A DNA stretch of 64,000 bases, from NCBI GenBank assembly GCA_042091225.1, contig JBELHW010000005.1:3712-67711 (forward strand), given 5' to 3'. This DNA is from Cryomorphaceae bacterium. GTDB lineage: Bacteria; Bacteroidota; Bacteroidia; Flavobacteriales; UBA7312. A program made the translations under genes and the position numbers. Shown here in pieces: positions 26,975 to 36,444 of the stretch; the first letter of the stretch is position 1, and each line of letters begins with the position of its first letter. The notes beneath the pieces were generated by a model. The model was given only the letters and a program-made list of their open reading frames with translations. It had not been told where the DNA came from and ran no database searches.

Positions 26975-28090
26975 ATGAAATTATTAAAAATCAGTTTATT
27001 ATCATTAATTATCATTTTTGCCGCTTGTGGTGAAAAAGAAAGTGATCTTGATAAAAAGAAAACAGAGCTTAAATCTTTGAAAGAACAGTTTTCACAATTG
27101 AGTTCAAAAATCGAAATTTTACAAGAAGAACTAGCTTCGTTAGATACCACTTCCGATGGAGGTGTTCCTGTTAGTATCTATGAAGTAGAGCTTAGCACCT
27201 TTTTACATTATATAGAGCAGCCAGGAATAGTTTCCTCTAAAGAAAATGTAATGGTAAGTGCTGAAATGCCTGGCGTAGTAAAACAAATATTAGTTAAAGA
27301 AGGATCTTGGGTTGCCAAAGGCCAAGCAATTTTACAACTAGATGCATCTGTACTATCTAGTCAAGTGGAAGAATTAAAAGCTTCTGTTGAATTATTAAAA
27401 ACAACTTTTGACAGACAAACAAACCTATGGAATCAAGGAATCGGTTCAGAAATACAATACCTTCAGTCCAAGAATCAATATTTCTCTATACAAAATAAGC
27501 TAGAAGCTGCACAAGCGCAACTAGATAAACTAGAGATTACTGCTCCAATAAATGGAAGGTTAGATGAAATATTTCTTAACGCAGGCGAATATGCAAATCC
27601 TGGAATGCCAATTTTAAGGCTAGTAAATTCTAAAAAATTACAAGTTGAAGCGGACGTTGCTGAGAGGCATGCCAATAAAATAAATGACAAGGATACTGTC
27701 AGTATAAGTTTTAATTCTTTAGGAATAGAACAAAAAGCACCTATATCTTTTATAGGTCAAGTTATAAATTCTGAAAACCGAACTTTTAAGTTAAAGATTG
27801 ACATTCAAAACAAAGATGGGTACGTAAAACCTAACGCAGTTGCTTCCTTAAAAATTCAAGATTTTTATGCTGACAATGCTGTAAAGCTACCTTCTAAAGT
27901 GATTAAAAAAGATATGAGAGGAAACTTTGTTTTTGTAGTAAATGGTGTCAGCGCACAGAAAAAGTACATCGAAACCGGACTGTCACACAACCAATATACT
28001 CATGTTCTTTCAGGAATTGACAAAGGAGATAAGGTAATCATTAACGGATTTAATGGAGTGTCCAACGGAAGCAAAATTGATATAAAGTAA
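26975..28090 (+). CDS. efflux RND transporter periplasmic adaptor subunit
   Basis: Lipobox IIFAAC. A coiled-coil hairpin is flanked by lipoyl/beta-barrel motifs (GQAILQLD, ITAPINGRL). Confidence 0.85.
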   Translation: MKLLKISLLSLIIIFAACGEKESDLDKKKTELKSLKEQFSQLSSKIEILQEELASLDTTSDGGVPVSIYEVELSTFLHYIEQPGIVSSKENVMVSAEMPGVVKQILVKEGSWVAKGQAILQLDASVLSSQVEELKASVELLKTTFDRQTNLWNQGIGSEIQYLQSKNQYFSIQNKLEAAQAQLDKLEITAPINGRLDEIFLNAGEYANPGMPILRLVNSKKLQVEADVAERHANKINDKDTVSISFNSLGIEQKAPISFIGQVINSENRTFKLKIDIQNKDGYVKPNAVASLKIQDFYADNAVKLPSKVIKKDMRGNFVFVVNGVSAQKKYIETGLSHNQYTHVLSGIDKGDKVIINGFNGVSNGSKIDIK

Positions 28091-28097
28091 AACCCAT

Positions 28098-31000
28098 ATG
28101 GCTAATCGAAGTTTTAAATTAACAAACTTGTCTTTGAAAAATAAGACAACTATATTTATTTTAACTTTTCTTCTTACAATTTTTGGACTAGTTTCTTACA
28201 AGTCCATGCCTAAGTCTTTGTATCCTGATATTGTCATGCCGACAATTATGGTTCAAACTGTATACCCTGGAAATTCTCCAGCAGATATTGAAAATTTAAT
28301 TACAAGACCAATTGAAAAAGAGTTAAAATCGATTAAAGGAATCAAAAAACTTACTTCTTCTTCTTTACAAGATAATTCTTCTATAATTGTCGAATTTAAC
28401 ACAGATATAGAGCTAAAAACTGCCTTACAAGATGTAAAAGACGGAGTAGATAAGGCAAAAGGAGATTTACCTTCAGATTTAGATTTAGATCCTATAGTAA
28501 TGGATATAGATTTTTCTGAATTCCCAATTCTTAATATCAATCTATCTGGTGATTTTAGTTTAGATGAACTTAAAGTATACGCCGAATACCTTCAGGATGA
28601 AATAGAAACATTTGGAGAAATTTCTAAAGTAGAAATTACTGGATTATTAAATAAAGAAGTTTTAATTGAAGCCGATCTGCATTTGATGGAAAGTAGTAAG
28701 ATTAGCTTTCGAGATATTGAAGACGCTGTCCGATTTGAAAATATATCTATTGCTGCTGGTGATGTTTTGATAAGCGATTTGAGAAGAACAGTCCGAACTA
28801 GTGCAGAATTTAAATCTGCTAAAGAGATTGGCAACATCATTGTTAAGCACGAAAATGGAAACATAGTTTACCTAAAAGATATTGCTAAGGTTACTAACGG
28901 CTACGAAGAAAGAGAAAGCTTTGCTAGGCTAGATTCTGACCCTGTAGTGTCGTTGAATGTAGTAAAGAAAGCAGGTCAAAATTTATTAGTCGCTACTGAT
29001 AAAATAATGGCTCTTCTTGCTCAATCAAAATCATCTAATCAGATACCAAAAAACTTAAATATTTCTATTACAAACGATCAGTCGGAGCAGACTAGAGATC
29101 AGTTAAGTAACTTAGAAAACAGTATTATTTTCGGAGTTATATTAGTTGTTCTTACATTGTTATTCTTCTTAGGGCTCCGAAACGCTTTATTTGTTGGACT
29201 AGCGATTCCACTGTCTATGTTTATCAGTTTTGTTGTTTTTGGTGGTATGGGTACCACAATGAATATGGTAGTTTTATTTGCATTAATTCTAGCTTTAGGA
29301 ATGCTCGTAGATAACGCTATTGTTGTTATTGAAAATATTGACAGACTATTTAATAAAGAAGGATTATCTAGAATGGAAGCAGCAAAAAAAGGAGTTGGAG
29401 AAATAGCTATCCCTATTATATCTTCTACTGCAACTACATTAGCAGCTTTTTTTCCTTTACTTTTTTGGGATGACTTAATGGGCGAGTTTATGGGTTATAT
29501 TCCAATGACTCTTATCATTGTTTTGGGTTCGTCTTTATTTGTAGCCCTTGTTATTAATCCAGTTTTTGCAGCTACATTTATACAAAAGGAAACAAGATTA
29601 AAACCACAAAAAAAGAAAATTCAGAAAACAGCTATTGTTTTAGCAGTATTATCTGTTTTCTTGTATATAATTGGAAGTAAGCTTTTAGGATCTTTGGCAC
29701 TGGTTTTTAGTTTACTTTCTTTAGTTAATGGGTTTTATTTTACCCCTTGGTCTTATTGGTTTCAAGATGTATTATTAGTTCGATTAGAGAAAAAGTATTC
29801 TTCTATTTTAAACTGGGCTTTTAACGGAAGACAACCAATTAAACTATTAGCAGGTACATTTGGATTACTTATTTTTTCAATTGTATTTTTTGCATTAATG
29901 AAGCCAAATGTTGAGTTTTTCCCTGTTAATGAACCAAAATACATTAACGTATTTTTGGAGCTTCCTACTGGAACCGATGTAAATTATACCGATTCAGTTT
30001 CTAAATTAGTAGAGAAAAAAATAGAAAATATTTTAGAGCCTTATCAATCGGCCGTATCTTCAGTATTAACAAATGTAGGTTCCGGTACTGCTGATCCCAA
30101 TGAAATGGGAGGAAGCATGGGGATTACTCCTAATAAAGCTAGGATTACAATAAATTTTCTAGAGTATCGCTTCAGAAACGGAGTTGTAACAGGTGACGTA
30201 ATGAAAGAATTGTCTGCTAACCTTTCAGGCATGCCAGGAGTAGAAGTTACTGTTGATAAAAATAGAGATGGACCTCCAATGGGTAGGCCAATAAATATTG
30301 AAATTTCAGGGGAAGATTTTGATCAACTACTTGCTATTTCTGAAGAGGTTCAGAATATTATCGATAATGAAAAAATTGATGGAATAGAAGGGCTAAAAGT
30401 AGACTTAGAGCTAAATAAAGCTGAGTTACTGGTAAATATTGATAGAGATATGACCAGAAGAATGGGAGTCTCTACATCTCAAGTGGGCGCTACTATTCGT
30501 ACAGCATTATTCGGAAAAGAGCTTTCTAAATTTAAAGACGGAGAAGATGAATATCCTATTGTACTTCGACTTGCAGATAAATACAGATACAACGTATCTT
30601 CTCTTATGAATCAGAGAATTACTTTTAGAAGCCAATCAAGCGGAAAAATAATGCAAATTCCTGTTTCTGCAGTAGCAGATTATAGCTATAATAACACTTA
30701 TGGTTCGGTAAACAGAAAAGATTTAAAACGACAAGTGACTATTTACTCTAATGTTGTTGAAGGATATAATGAGTCAATAATAAATAGTCAAATTAAAAAA
30801 GTTTTAGAAAATTATAATTTACCCGCAGGATATAATTTACAATTTACAGGCAAACAGCAAGAACAAGAACAATCTCAGGCATTTTTGTCAAAAGCATTAA
30901 TGATTGCAATAGCTTTAATTACTATTATTTTAGTATCCCAGTTTAACTCTGTGTTCAAGCCAATTATAATTATAATGACAGTTTTGTTTAGCACTATTGG

Positions 31001-31481
31001 AGTCTTTTTAGGCTTAGCAATATTCAATATGGACTTTGTTATAATTATGACTGGTATTGGTATTGTTTCTTTAGCTGGTATAGTTGTAAACAATGCTATT
31101 GTTTTAATCGACTATATCGATTTATTAAAGTCGAGAAAACGCATCGAATTAGGACTAGAAGAAAACGTGACACTCGATAGAAAAGATGCTATAGAATGTA
31201 TTAAAAAAGGTGGTGAGAAAAGATTGCGACCAGTACTATTAACTGCTATTACTACTGTATTAGGTCTTTTTCCTTTAGCTACAGGAATGAATATTAATTT
31301 TTCAAAGCTTTTAACTGAACTTAATCCCGAAATATTTTTTGGTGGGGATAATGCATTATTTTGGGGTCCAATGGCGTGGACAGTTATTTTTGGATTAACC
31401 TTCGCTACTTTTCTTACATTAGTTATTGTTCCTGTCATGTATCTATTGTCCGATAAGTTGAGTAATAAATTAAAGTTTTAA
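28098..31481 (+). CDS. efflux RND transporter permease (AcrB/HAE1-like)
   Basis: 1127 aa, 12 TM with two large periplasmic loops. Conserved GMLVDNAIVVIENI and GIVVNNAIVLIDYI motifs. Confidence 0.92.
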   Translation: MANRSFKLTNLSLKNKTTIFILTFLLTIFGLVSYKSMPKSLYPDIVMPTIMVQTVYPGNSPADIENLITRPIEKELKSIKGIKKLTSSSLQDNSSIIVEFNTDIELKTALQDVKDGVDKAKGDLPSDLDLDPIVMDIDFSEFPILNINLSGDFSLDELKVYAEYLQDEIETFGEISKVEITGLLNKEVLIEADLHLMESSKISFRDIEDAVRFENISIAAGDVLISDLRRTVRTSAEFKSAKEIGNIIVKHENGNIVYLKDIAKVTNGYEERESFARLDSDPVVSLNVVKKAGQNLLVATDKIMALLAQSKSSNQIPKNLNISITNDQSEQTRDQLSNLENSIIFGVILVVLTLLFFLGLRNALFVGLAIPLSMFISFVVFGGMGTTMNMVVLFALILALGMLVDNAIVVIENIDRLFNKEGLSRMEAAKKGVGEIAIPIISSTATTLAAFFPLLFWDDLMGEFMGYIPMTLIIVLGSSLFVALVINPVFAATFIQKETRLKPQKKKIQKTAIVLAVLSVFLYIIGSKLLGSLALVFSLLSLVNGFYFTPWSYWFQDVLLVRLEKKYSSILNWAFNGRQPIKLLAGTFGLLIFSIVFFALMKPNVEFFPVNEPKYINVFLELPTGTDVNYTDSVSKLVEKKIENILEPYQSAVSSVLTNVGSGTADPNEMGGSMGITPNKARITINFLEYRFRNGVVTGDVMKELSANLSGMPGVEVTVDKNRDGPPMGRPINIEISGEDFDQLLAISEEVQNIIDNEKIDGIEGLKVDLELNKAELLVNIDRDMTRRMGVSTSQVGATIRTALFGKELSKFKDGEDEYPIVLRLADKYRYNVSSLMNQRITFRSQSSGKIMQIPVSAVADYSYNNTYGSVNRKDLKRQVTIYSNVVEGYNESIINSQIKKVLENYNLPAGYNLQFTGKQQEQEQSQAFLSKALMIAIALITIILVSQFNSVFKPIIIIMTVLFSTIGVFLGLAIFNMDFVIIMTGIGIVSLAGIVVNNAIVLIDYIDLLKSRKRIELGLEENVTLDRKDAIECIKKGGEKRLRPVLLTAITTVLGLFPLATGMNINFSKLLTELNPEIFFGGDNALFWGPMAWTVIFGLTFATFLTLVIVPVMYLLSDKLSNKLKF

Positions 31482-31558
31482 TAACTATTGAAATACCTGT
31501 ATTAATTTAATGATAGCATTTTGTTATATTTGTACTGCTATATCGAAACAAGCTCATA

Positions 31559-33481
31559 ATGGGTAAAAACAACCATTTACTAAGTAAAATTGATCTTCCA
31601 CAAGATCTAAAAAAATTAAAAAAATCTCAATTACCACAAGTGTGCGATGAATTGAGGCAGTTTATTGTAGAAATAGTTTCTCAAAAGGGAGGTCATTTCG
31701 GCGCTAGTCTTGGTGTTGTAGAACTCAGCGTAGCTTTACATTACGTTTATAATACTCCTTACGACCAATTGGTCTGGGATGTTGGCCATCAAGCTTACGG
31801 GCACAAAATCCTTACCGGTAGAAAAGATGTTTTTCATACTAACAGAATTTATAATGGAATAAGTGGTTTTCCTAAAAGAACTGAAAGTGAATACGATACC
31901 TTTGGAGTAGGACATTCCTCAACCTCTATTTCTGGAGCATTAGGAATGGCTGTCGCATCCAAATATAAAGGGGAAACAGAAAAGCAACATATCGCTGTTA
32001 TAGGAGATGGTGCAATGACTGCAGGTTTAGCCTTTGAAGGACTTAATCACGCCGGAATTGAAAACTCTAACATACTTGTCATTTTAAATGATAATTGTAT
32101 GTCAATTGACCCTAATGTAGGGGCATTAAAAGAATATTTGACTGATATTGCAACTTCACATACTTACAATAAAGTAAAGGATGAGGTTTGGAATTTATTA
32201 GGTAAAGTCAGTAAGTTTGGGCCAAACGCTCAATCTATTGCTGCTAAAATAGAAAATGCTGTAAAGTCTGCATTACTAAAACAAAGCAATTATTTTGAGT
32301 CTTTGAACTTTAGATATTTTGGTCCGGTTGACGGCCACGATGTAAAACATCTTGCTAGTGTGTTAAACGATTTGAAAGATATTCCTGGCCCTAAAATTCT
32401 TCATTGTATTACAAAGAAAGGAAAAGGCTATGAACCTGCTGAAAAAGGAAGCCCAACGAAGTGGCATGCTCCAGGCTTATTCGATAAATCGACTGGCGAA
32501 ACAATCCAGTCCGATTCTACTCCAAAGCCTCCTAAATACCAAGATGTTTTCGGGAAAACAATTATCGAACTTGCCAAAGAAAACGATAAAATAATGGGCA
32601 TTACTCCAGCAATGCCAACGGGTTGTTCTTTAGGGATGATGATGCAAGAAATGCCAGAAAGAGCGTTTGATGTAGGTATTGCAGAACAACATGCTGTAAC
32701 TTTCTCTGCAGGTCTTGCTACTCAAGGGTTAGTGCCATTTTGTAATATTTATTCTTCGTTTATGCAAAGAGCATACGATCAGGTTATTCATGATGTAGCT
32801 ATTCAGAATTTAAATGTTGTTTTTTGCTTGGATAGAGGCGGATTAGTAGGAGCAGACGGACCCACCCATCACGGAGTATATGATTTAGCTTTTTTTAGGT
32901 TTATACCAAATATGATTGTTTCTGCTCCTATGGATGAAAAGGAACTAAGAAACCTAATGTACACAGCTCAATTACCAGATAAAGGGCCTTTTTCTATTCG
33001 ATACCCTAGAGGAAATGGTTGTTTTATAGATTGGAAATCGCCTTTACAAGAAATTGAAATTGGTACTGGTAGAACCATTAAAGAAGGTCAGGATGTAGCT
33101 GTACTAACTATTGGCCACCCTGGTAACTTTGCGGTCGATGCAGCTAGCGAACTCGAAAAAGATGGGTATAATGTAGGGATTTACGACATGCGATTTGTAA
33201 AACCTTTAGACAATAATTTATTAGACAAAGTATTTAATAATTACGATAAAGTAATTACGGTAGAAGATGGCTGTATTCAAGGAGGGTTCGGTTCGGCTGT
33301 ATTGGAATATATGGTTGATAATAACCATAGTGCTCAAGTTATTCGTTTAGGGGTGCCAGATAAGTATATAGAGCATGGTACTCAAGCCGAACTTTGGAGA
33401 GAATGCAACTACGATAAGCAAGCAATTATAGACACCGTACATAAAATAGTAGGAGTCAAAAAAGTAGCTACTTCAGCATAA
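31559..33481 (+). CDS. dxs: 1-deoxy-D-xylulose-5-phosphate synthase
   Basis: GGHFGASLGVVELSVALHY, WDVGHQAYGHKILTGR, GDGAMTAG and DRGGLVGADGPTHHG are all typical of Dxs. Confidence 0.95.
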   Translation: MGKNNHLLSKIDLPQDLKKLKKSQLPQVCDELRQFIVEIVSQKGGHFGASLGVVELSVALHYVYNTPYDQLVWDVGHQAYGHKILTGRKDVFHTNRIYNGISGFPKRTESEYDTFGVGHSSTSISGALGMAVASKYKGETEKQHIAVIGDGAMTAGLAFEGLNHAGIENSNILVILNDNCMSIDPNVGALKEYLTDIATSHTYNKVKDEVWNLLGKVSKFGPNAQSIAAKIENAVKSALLKQSNYFESLNFRYFGPVDGHDVKHLASVLNDLKDIPGPKILHCITKKGKGYEPAEKGSPTKWHAPGLFDKSTGETIQSDSTPKPPKYQDVFGKTIIELAKENDKIMGITPAMPTGCSLGMMMQEMPERAFDVGIAEQHAVTFSAGLATQGLVPFCNIYSSFMQRAYDQVIHDVAIQNLNVVFCLDRGGLVGADGPTHHGVYDLAFFRFIPNMIVSAPMDEKELRNLMYTAQLPDKGPFSIRYPRGNGCFIDWKSPLQEIEIGTGRTIKEGQDVAVLTIGHPGNFAVDAASELEKDGYNVGIYDMRFVKPLDNNLLDKVFNNYDKVITVEDGCIQGGFGSAVLEYMVDNNHSAQVIRLGVPDKYIEHGTQAELWRECNYDKQAIIDTVHKIVGVKKVATSA

Positions 33482-33484
33482 AAA

Positions 33485-33510
33485 AAAGCTTTCAATTTGA
33501 AGGCTTTTTT
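33485..33510. terminator. bidirectional rho-independent terminator between dxs and the convergent 149-aa gene
   Basis: aaagctttc / gaaggcttt form a 9-bp stem (one G-U pair) with a 5-nt loop. An A7 run lies upstream and a T6 run downstream, so either strand reads hairpin + U-tract. The 3' half ttgaaggctttttt is directly duplicated at 33512-33525. Confidence 0.55.
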
Positions 33511-33526
33511 ATTGAAGGCTTTTTTG

Positions 33527-33976
33527 TTATTCTTCATCTTTAACTATTCTTTTATTTTTTGTTAGAAGATAATAAACTCCACTTATTGTATAAGCTAGTA
33601 TTAATGACTGCCATAAATATTTCATAAATTCTGATTTATATAAAACTTCATTAGAGCTAAAGTGGACTAAATACATTTGTCCAACAATTAAGAAATAAGA
33701 AATACATAAACCTAAATTGATAATTAGCATTGGTCTATTTATTTTAACAGGTGTAAATTCTTTTCTCCGAGCTAACTCTATTTTTCGAGTAAAAGCAAGA
33801 AGAAAAGCAAGACCACCTCCTTGAATCAATGAAAACAATGCCTTAGTTAAAACTTCATTTTTACACATAAAACTCTTAGTTTCAAAATCAAGTAAACTAA
33901 TTGTACCCGCGAAAAATATCATAGAACAAGCTAAGCCATGAAGTATGATGTACTTGAACATTTTTCTTTGTCTCAT
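33527..33976 (-). CDS. 4-TM membrane protein, unknown function
   Basis: 149 aa with four hydrophobic segments and a basic loop (ELARRKEF). It is the last gene of a 3-gene minus-strand set. I recognised no family. Confidence 0.5.
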   Translation of the reverse strand: MRQRKMFKYIILHGLACSMIFFAGTISLLDFETKSFMCKNEVLTKALFSLIQGGGLAFLLAFTRKIELARRKEFTPVKINRPMLIINLGLCISYFLIVGQMYLVHFSSNEVLYKSEFMKYLWQSLILAYTISGVYYLLTKNKRIVKDEE

Positions 33977-33988
33977 AGGTTTGTTTTT

Positions 33989-34315
33989 TTATTGGATACA
34001 GCCACTTGAGCTACCCCATCCTGTTTCTCCTCCTTTTATTAAAGAAGCTGTTACCGCACTGTAAACAGTAGCAGGGATAACCCCTAATGGCCCAACTATT
34101 GGCACAAAAATTCCGGCAACAGCCCAACCTACCATTCCTAAACCTGCACCAAGACCATCAGCCCTTATTATTTCTTTGTGTGACCCAGAAACAGCTCCTG
34201 GAACAATATCAATATTATTATCGCTTAAGAACTGGTCTCCATTACCAAGCCCTCCTAATTCTTCTGGCAACCAAAATTGTGAAGAGTAACGTATTGTTTC
34301 TAAAATTCCAAGCAA
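33989..34315 (-). CDS. Gly/Ala/Pro-rich hydrophobic protein (glycine-zipper-like), unknown function
   Basis: 108 aa if TTG 34315 is the start. There is no in-frame ATG/GTG before the upstream stop at 34364-34366. The core is GLGAGLGMVGWAVAGIFVPIVGPLGVIPATVYSAVTASLIKGGETGWGSSSGCIQ. The only internal ATG would give a 47-aa peptide. The region is locally GC-rich because of Gly/Ala/Pro codons. Confidence 0.45.
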   Translation of the reverse strand: MLGILETIRYSSQFWLPEELGGLGNGDQFLSDNNIDIVPGAVSGSHKEIIRADGLGAGLGMVGWAVAGIFVPIVGPLGVIPATVYSAVTASLIKGGETGWGSSSGCIQ

Positions 34316-34334
34316 TACATGTCTGTCATCTCCA

Positions 34335-34748
34335 TCAACATTTGATTTTATAAGATAGTTGGTTTAATTCTCTGTCAAATACGTCATAATGACTTAACTC
34401 ATCTACCAAACGGTTTAACTCATGAAAGTAAATTACATTTGAAATTGATAAATAGGTTGAAATGGTTTGAAAATCTTCCATACTCGATTTGCTGCATAAT
34501 TTATCAAAAATATCTTCTTTTTGTTGAATAGTGAGTTCTAAATCTAATTTTAATAACACTTCTTTTACTGATAATTCTTGATTTTCATAATGAAGGGCAA
34601 TTGCTTCTTCTAAATATTGATTGTGTAATTTTCCTAATTCTGCAGCTCTAAAACCTGTAATAGTATTTTCAGGTTTCTCACAACTAGATAAAGTAACTGC
34701 TATTCCTACTAAGGCAAGGAATAAACTTCCGTAAATAAAATTTTTCAT
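34335..34748 (-). CDS. lipoprotein, unknown function (predicted helical)
   Basis: Signal/lipobox LALVGIAVTLSSC-EKP. 137 aa. I recognised no family. Confidence 0.55.
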   Translation of the reverse strand: MKNFIYGSLFLALVGIAVTLSSCEKPENTITGFRAAELGKLHNQYLEEAIALHYENQELSVKEVLLKLDLELTIQQKEDIFDKLCSKSSMEDFQTISTYLSISNVIYFHELNRLVDELSHYDVFDRELNQLSYKIKC

Positions 34749-34806
34749 GATTTTATAAGTTTAGTTAATTAAATTTATACAAATTAGTATAATTTAGTTA
34801 GCACGA

Positions 34807-34828
34807 ACAACCGCATATATGCGGTTGT
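34807..34828. promoter_or_regulatory. 22-bp perfect palindrome ACAACCGCATA|TATGCGGTTGT, candidate operator
   Basis: Read directly from the sequence. It lies in the 123-bp divergent intergenic region, 44 nt upstream of the XRE-family gene ATG and 59 nt upstream of the lipoprotein ATG. It is the most GC-rich element in an AT-rich spacer and no U-tract follows on either strand. Confidence 0.45.
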
Positions 34829-34871
34829 GGGTATGATAAAATAGTGTTCTTTTTATTTTAAATGAATAGTC

Positions 34872-35120
34872 ATGAAAAAACCATTTATAGAAATAGGCTT
34901 AACCCTAAAGAACATACGCTTATTAGCTGGATATAAAAGTTATGCTGATTTTGCTTGGGATAACCAATTAGACAAAACTCAATATTGGCGCATGGAAAAC
35001 GGTACTAACTTTACTTTAGCATCTTTAAATAAAGTGTTACAAATACATCAATTATCTTTTGTAGAATTTTTTGAAATGGCAGAGAAAGGCAAAGCTATTT
35101 CAACTCAAAAGTTTCCATAA
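34872..35120 (+). CDS. XRE-family helix-turn-helix transcriptional regulator
   Basis: 82 aa. [60 protein letters not shown] fits the HTH_3/Cro-C1 pattern. Its 3' end overlaps the accC 3' end by 26 nt. Confidence 0.7.
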   Translation: MKKPFIEIGLTLKNIRLLAGYKSYADFAWDNQLDKTQYWRMENGTNFTLASLNKVLQIHQLSFVEFFEMAEKGKAISTQKFP

Positions 35121-36432
35121 ATTTAGTAGTATAATCTCCTTTTCTAAATGCTTCATCTTTCATTAATTGTTGATGAAACGGAATAGTTGTGTTAATTCCT
35201 TCAATAACAAACTCTTGCAGTGCTCTTTCCATTTTTGCTATAGCCTCTTCTCTTGTTTGAGCAACTGTAATTAGTTTGGCAATCATAGAGTCGTAGTTGG
35301 GAGGTATAACATAATTAGTATATACGTGGGTATCTATACGAACGCCATGCCCTCCTGGCGCATGAAAATTGGTTATCATTCCTGGGCATGGTCTGAAATT
35401 GTTGTGAGGATCTTCTGCATTTATTCTACATTCTATTGCATGCATTTGAGGGTAATAATTTTTACCTGAAATAGGGATGCCATAAGCTACTTTAATTTGC
35501 TCACAAATAAGATCATAATCTACAACTTCTTCAGTAATCGGATGCTCCACCTGAATACGTGTATTCATTTCCATGAAATAAAAATCACGGTGTTTGTCTA
35601 CTAAAAATTCTACTGTTCCAGCTCCTTCATATTTCACAGATTCTGCTGCTAATATTGCAGCTTTACCCATACGCTCTCTAAGATCGTCTGTCATAAAGGG
35701 AGATGGAGTTTCTTCAGTTAATTTTTGATGCCTTCTTTGAATCGAGCAATCTCTTTCTGAAAGGTGACAAGCTTTACCTGTAGAGTCGCCAATAATTTGG
35801 ATTTCTATATGCCTTGGGTTTTCAATAAACTTTTCCATATACATAGCATCGTTTCCGAAAGCTGCCGCGGACTCTTGTCTTGCCGAGTCCCATGCCTCTT
35901 CAAGTTCAGAAGCTTTCCAAACTAGTCGCATACCTCTTCCACCACCACCAGCAGATGCTTTAAGCATAACGGGATATCCTATTTCTAAGGCTATTTTTTT
36001 ACAATCTTCAAATGTTTCTATTATTCCTTTAGAACCAGGAATTGTTGGTACTCCTGCCTTTTTCATTGTTTCTTTTGCAGAAGCTTTATCTCCCATAGAA
36101 TCAATCATTTCTGGAGAAGCACCAATAAATTTTATATTATTTTCTGAGCAAATTTTTGAGAAATTGGCATTTTCAGACAAAAAGCCATAACCAGGATGAA
36201 TAGCATCAGCATTGGTGATTTCTGCGGCTGCAATAATATTAGGGATTTTAAGATATGAATCAGAGCTTGATCCAGGTCCTACGCAAACTGCTTCGTCTGC
36301 AAACCTAACATGAAGGCTGTCTTTATCGGCTGTAGAATATACTGCAACCGTTTTAATATTCATTTCTTTACAAGTACGAATAATACGTAATGCAATTTCG
36401 CCTCTGTTGGCAATTAATATTTTTTTAAACAT
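35095..36432 (-). CDS. accC: acetyl-CoA carboxylase biotin carboxylase subunit
   Basis: [24 protein letters not shown], an ATP-grasp GGGGRGMR loop and [14 protein letters not shown]. Confidence 0.95.
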   Translation of the reverse strand: MFKKILIANRGEIALRIIRTCKEMNIKTVAVYSTADKDSLHVRFADEAVCVGPGSSSDSYLKIPNIIAAAEITNADAIHPGYGFLSENANFSKICSENNIKFIGASPEMIDSMGDKASAKETMKKAGVPTIPGSKGIIETFEDCKKIALEIGYPVMLKASAGGGGRGMRLVWKASELEEAWDSARQESAAAFGNDAMYMEKFIENPRHIEIQIIGDSTGKACHLSERDCSIQRRHQKLTEETPSPFMTDDLRERMGKAAILAAESVKYEGAGTVEFLVDKHRDFYFMEMNTRIQVEHPITEEVVDYDLICEQIKVAYGIPISGKNYYPQMHAIECRINAEDPHNNFRPCPGMITNFHAPGGHGVRIDTHVYTNYVIPPNYDSMIAKLITVAQTREEAIAKMERALQEFVIEGINTTIPFHQQLMKDEAFRKGDYTTKFMETFELK

Positions 36433-36444
36433 AAACTTATGTTT

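Noticed and set aside
28253-31438. Multiple 60-108 aa minus-strand ORFs inside the RND permease gene (e.g. 28253-28540, 28592-28864, 30875-31093, 31112-31438)
   Set aside because: They lie entirely antisense to a 1127-aa ORF with unmistakable AcrB-family motifs. Such shadow ORFs are expected in AT-rich genomes with biased codon use, and none has recognisable motifs.
33497-33525. Direct duplication ttgaaggctttttt x2 as a possible mobile-element target-site duplication
   Set aside because: It is only 14 bp, adjacent rather than flanking anything. It is most simply a slipped duplication of the terminator 3' arm. I mention it only as a weak border mark for the orphan module.
34100-34114. Sigma-54-like element TGGCAC-N5-TTCC on the plus strand
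   Set aside because: It has one mismatch to the -12 TTGC. It lies inside a minus-strand coding region and is about 760 bp from the nearest plus-strand start. It is most likely chance, created by Gly/Ala/Pro codon composition.
33989-34315. Reading the Gly-rich protein as a double-glycine-leader class II bacteriocin (LPEELGG|LGNGD)
   Set aside because: The putative leader matches the LSxxELxxIxGG consensus only weakly. The start codon is uncertain. No C39-peptidase ABC exporter is present in the window. I keep it only as a low-confidence hypothesis.
34087-34353. 88-aa plus-strand ORF opposite the Gly-rich gene
   Set aside because: The product is Gln/Leu/His-rich and is the mirror of Gly/Ala/Pro codons. 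The minus-strand frame fits the 3-gene operon spacing. Residual uncertainty is noted in the findings.
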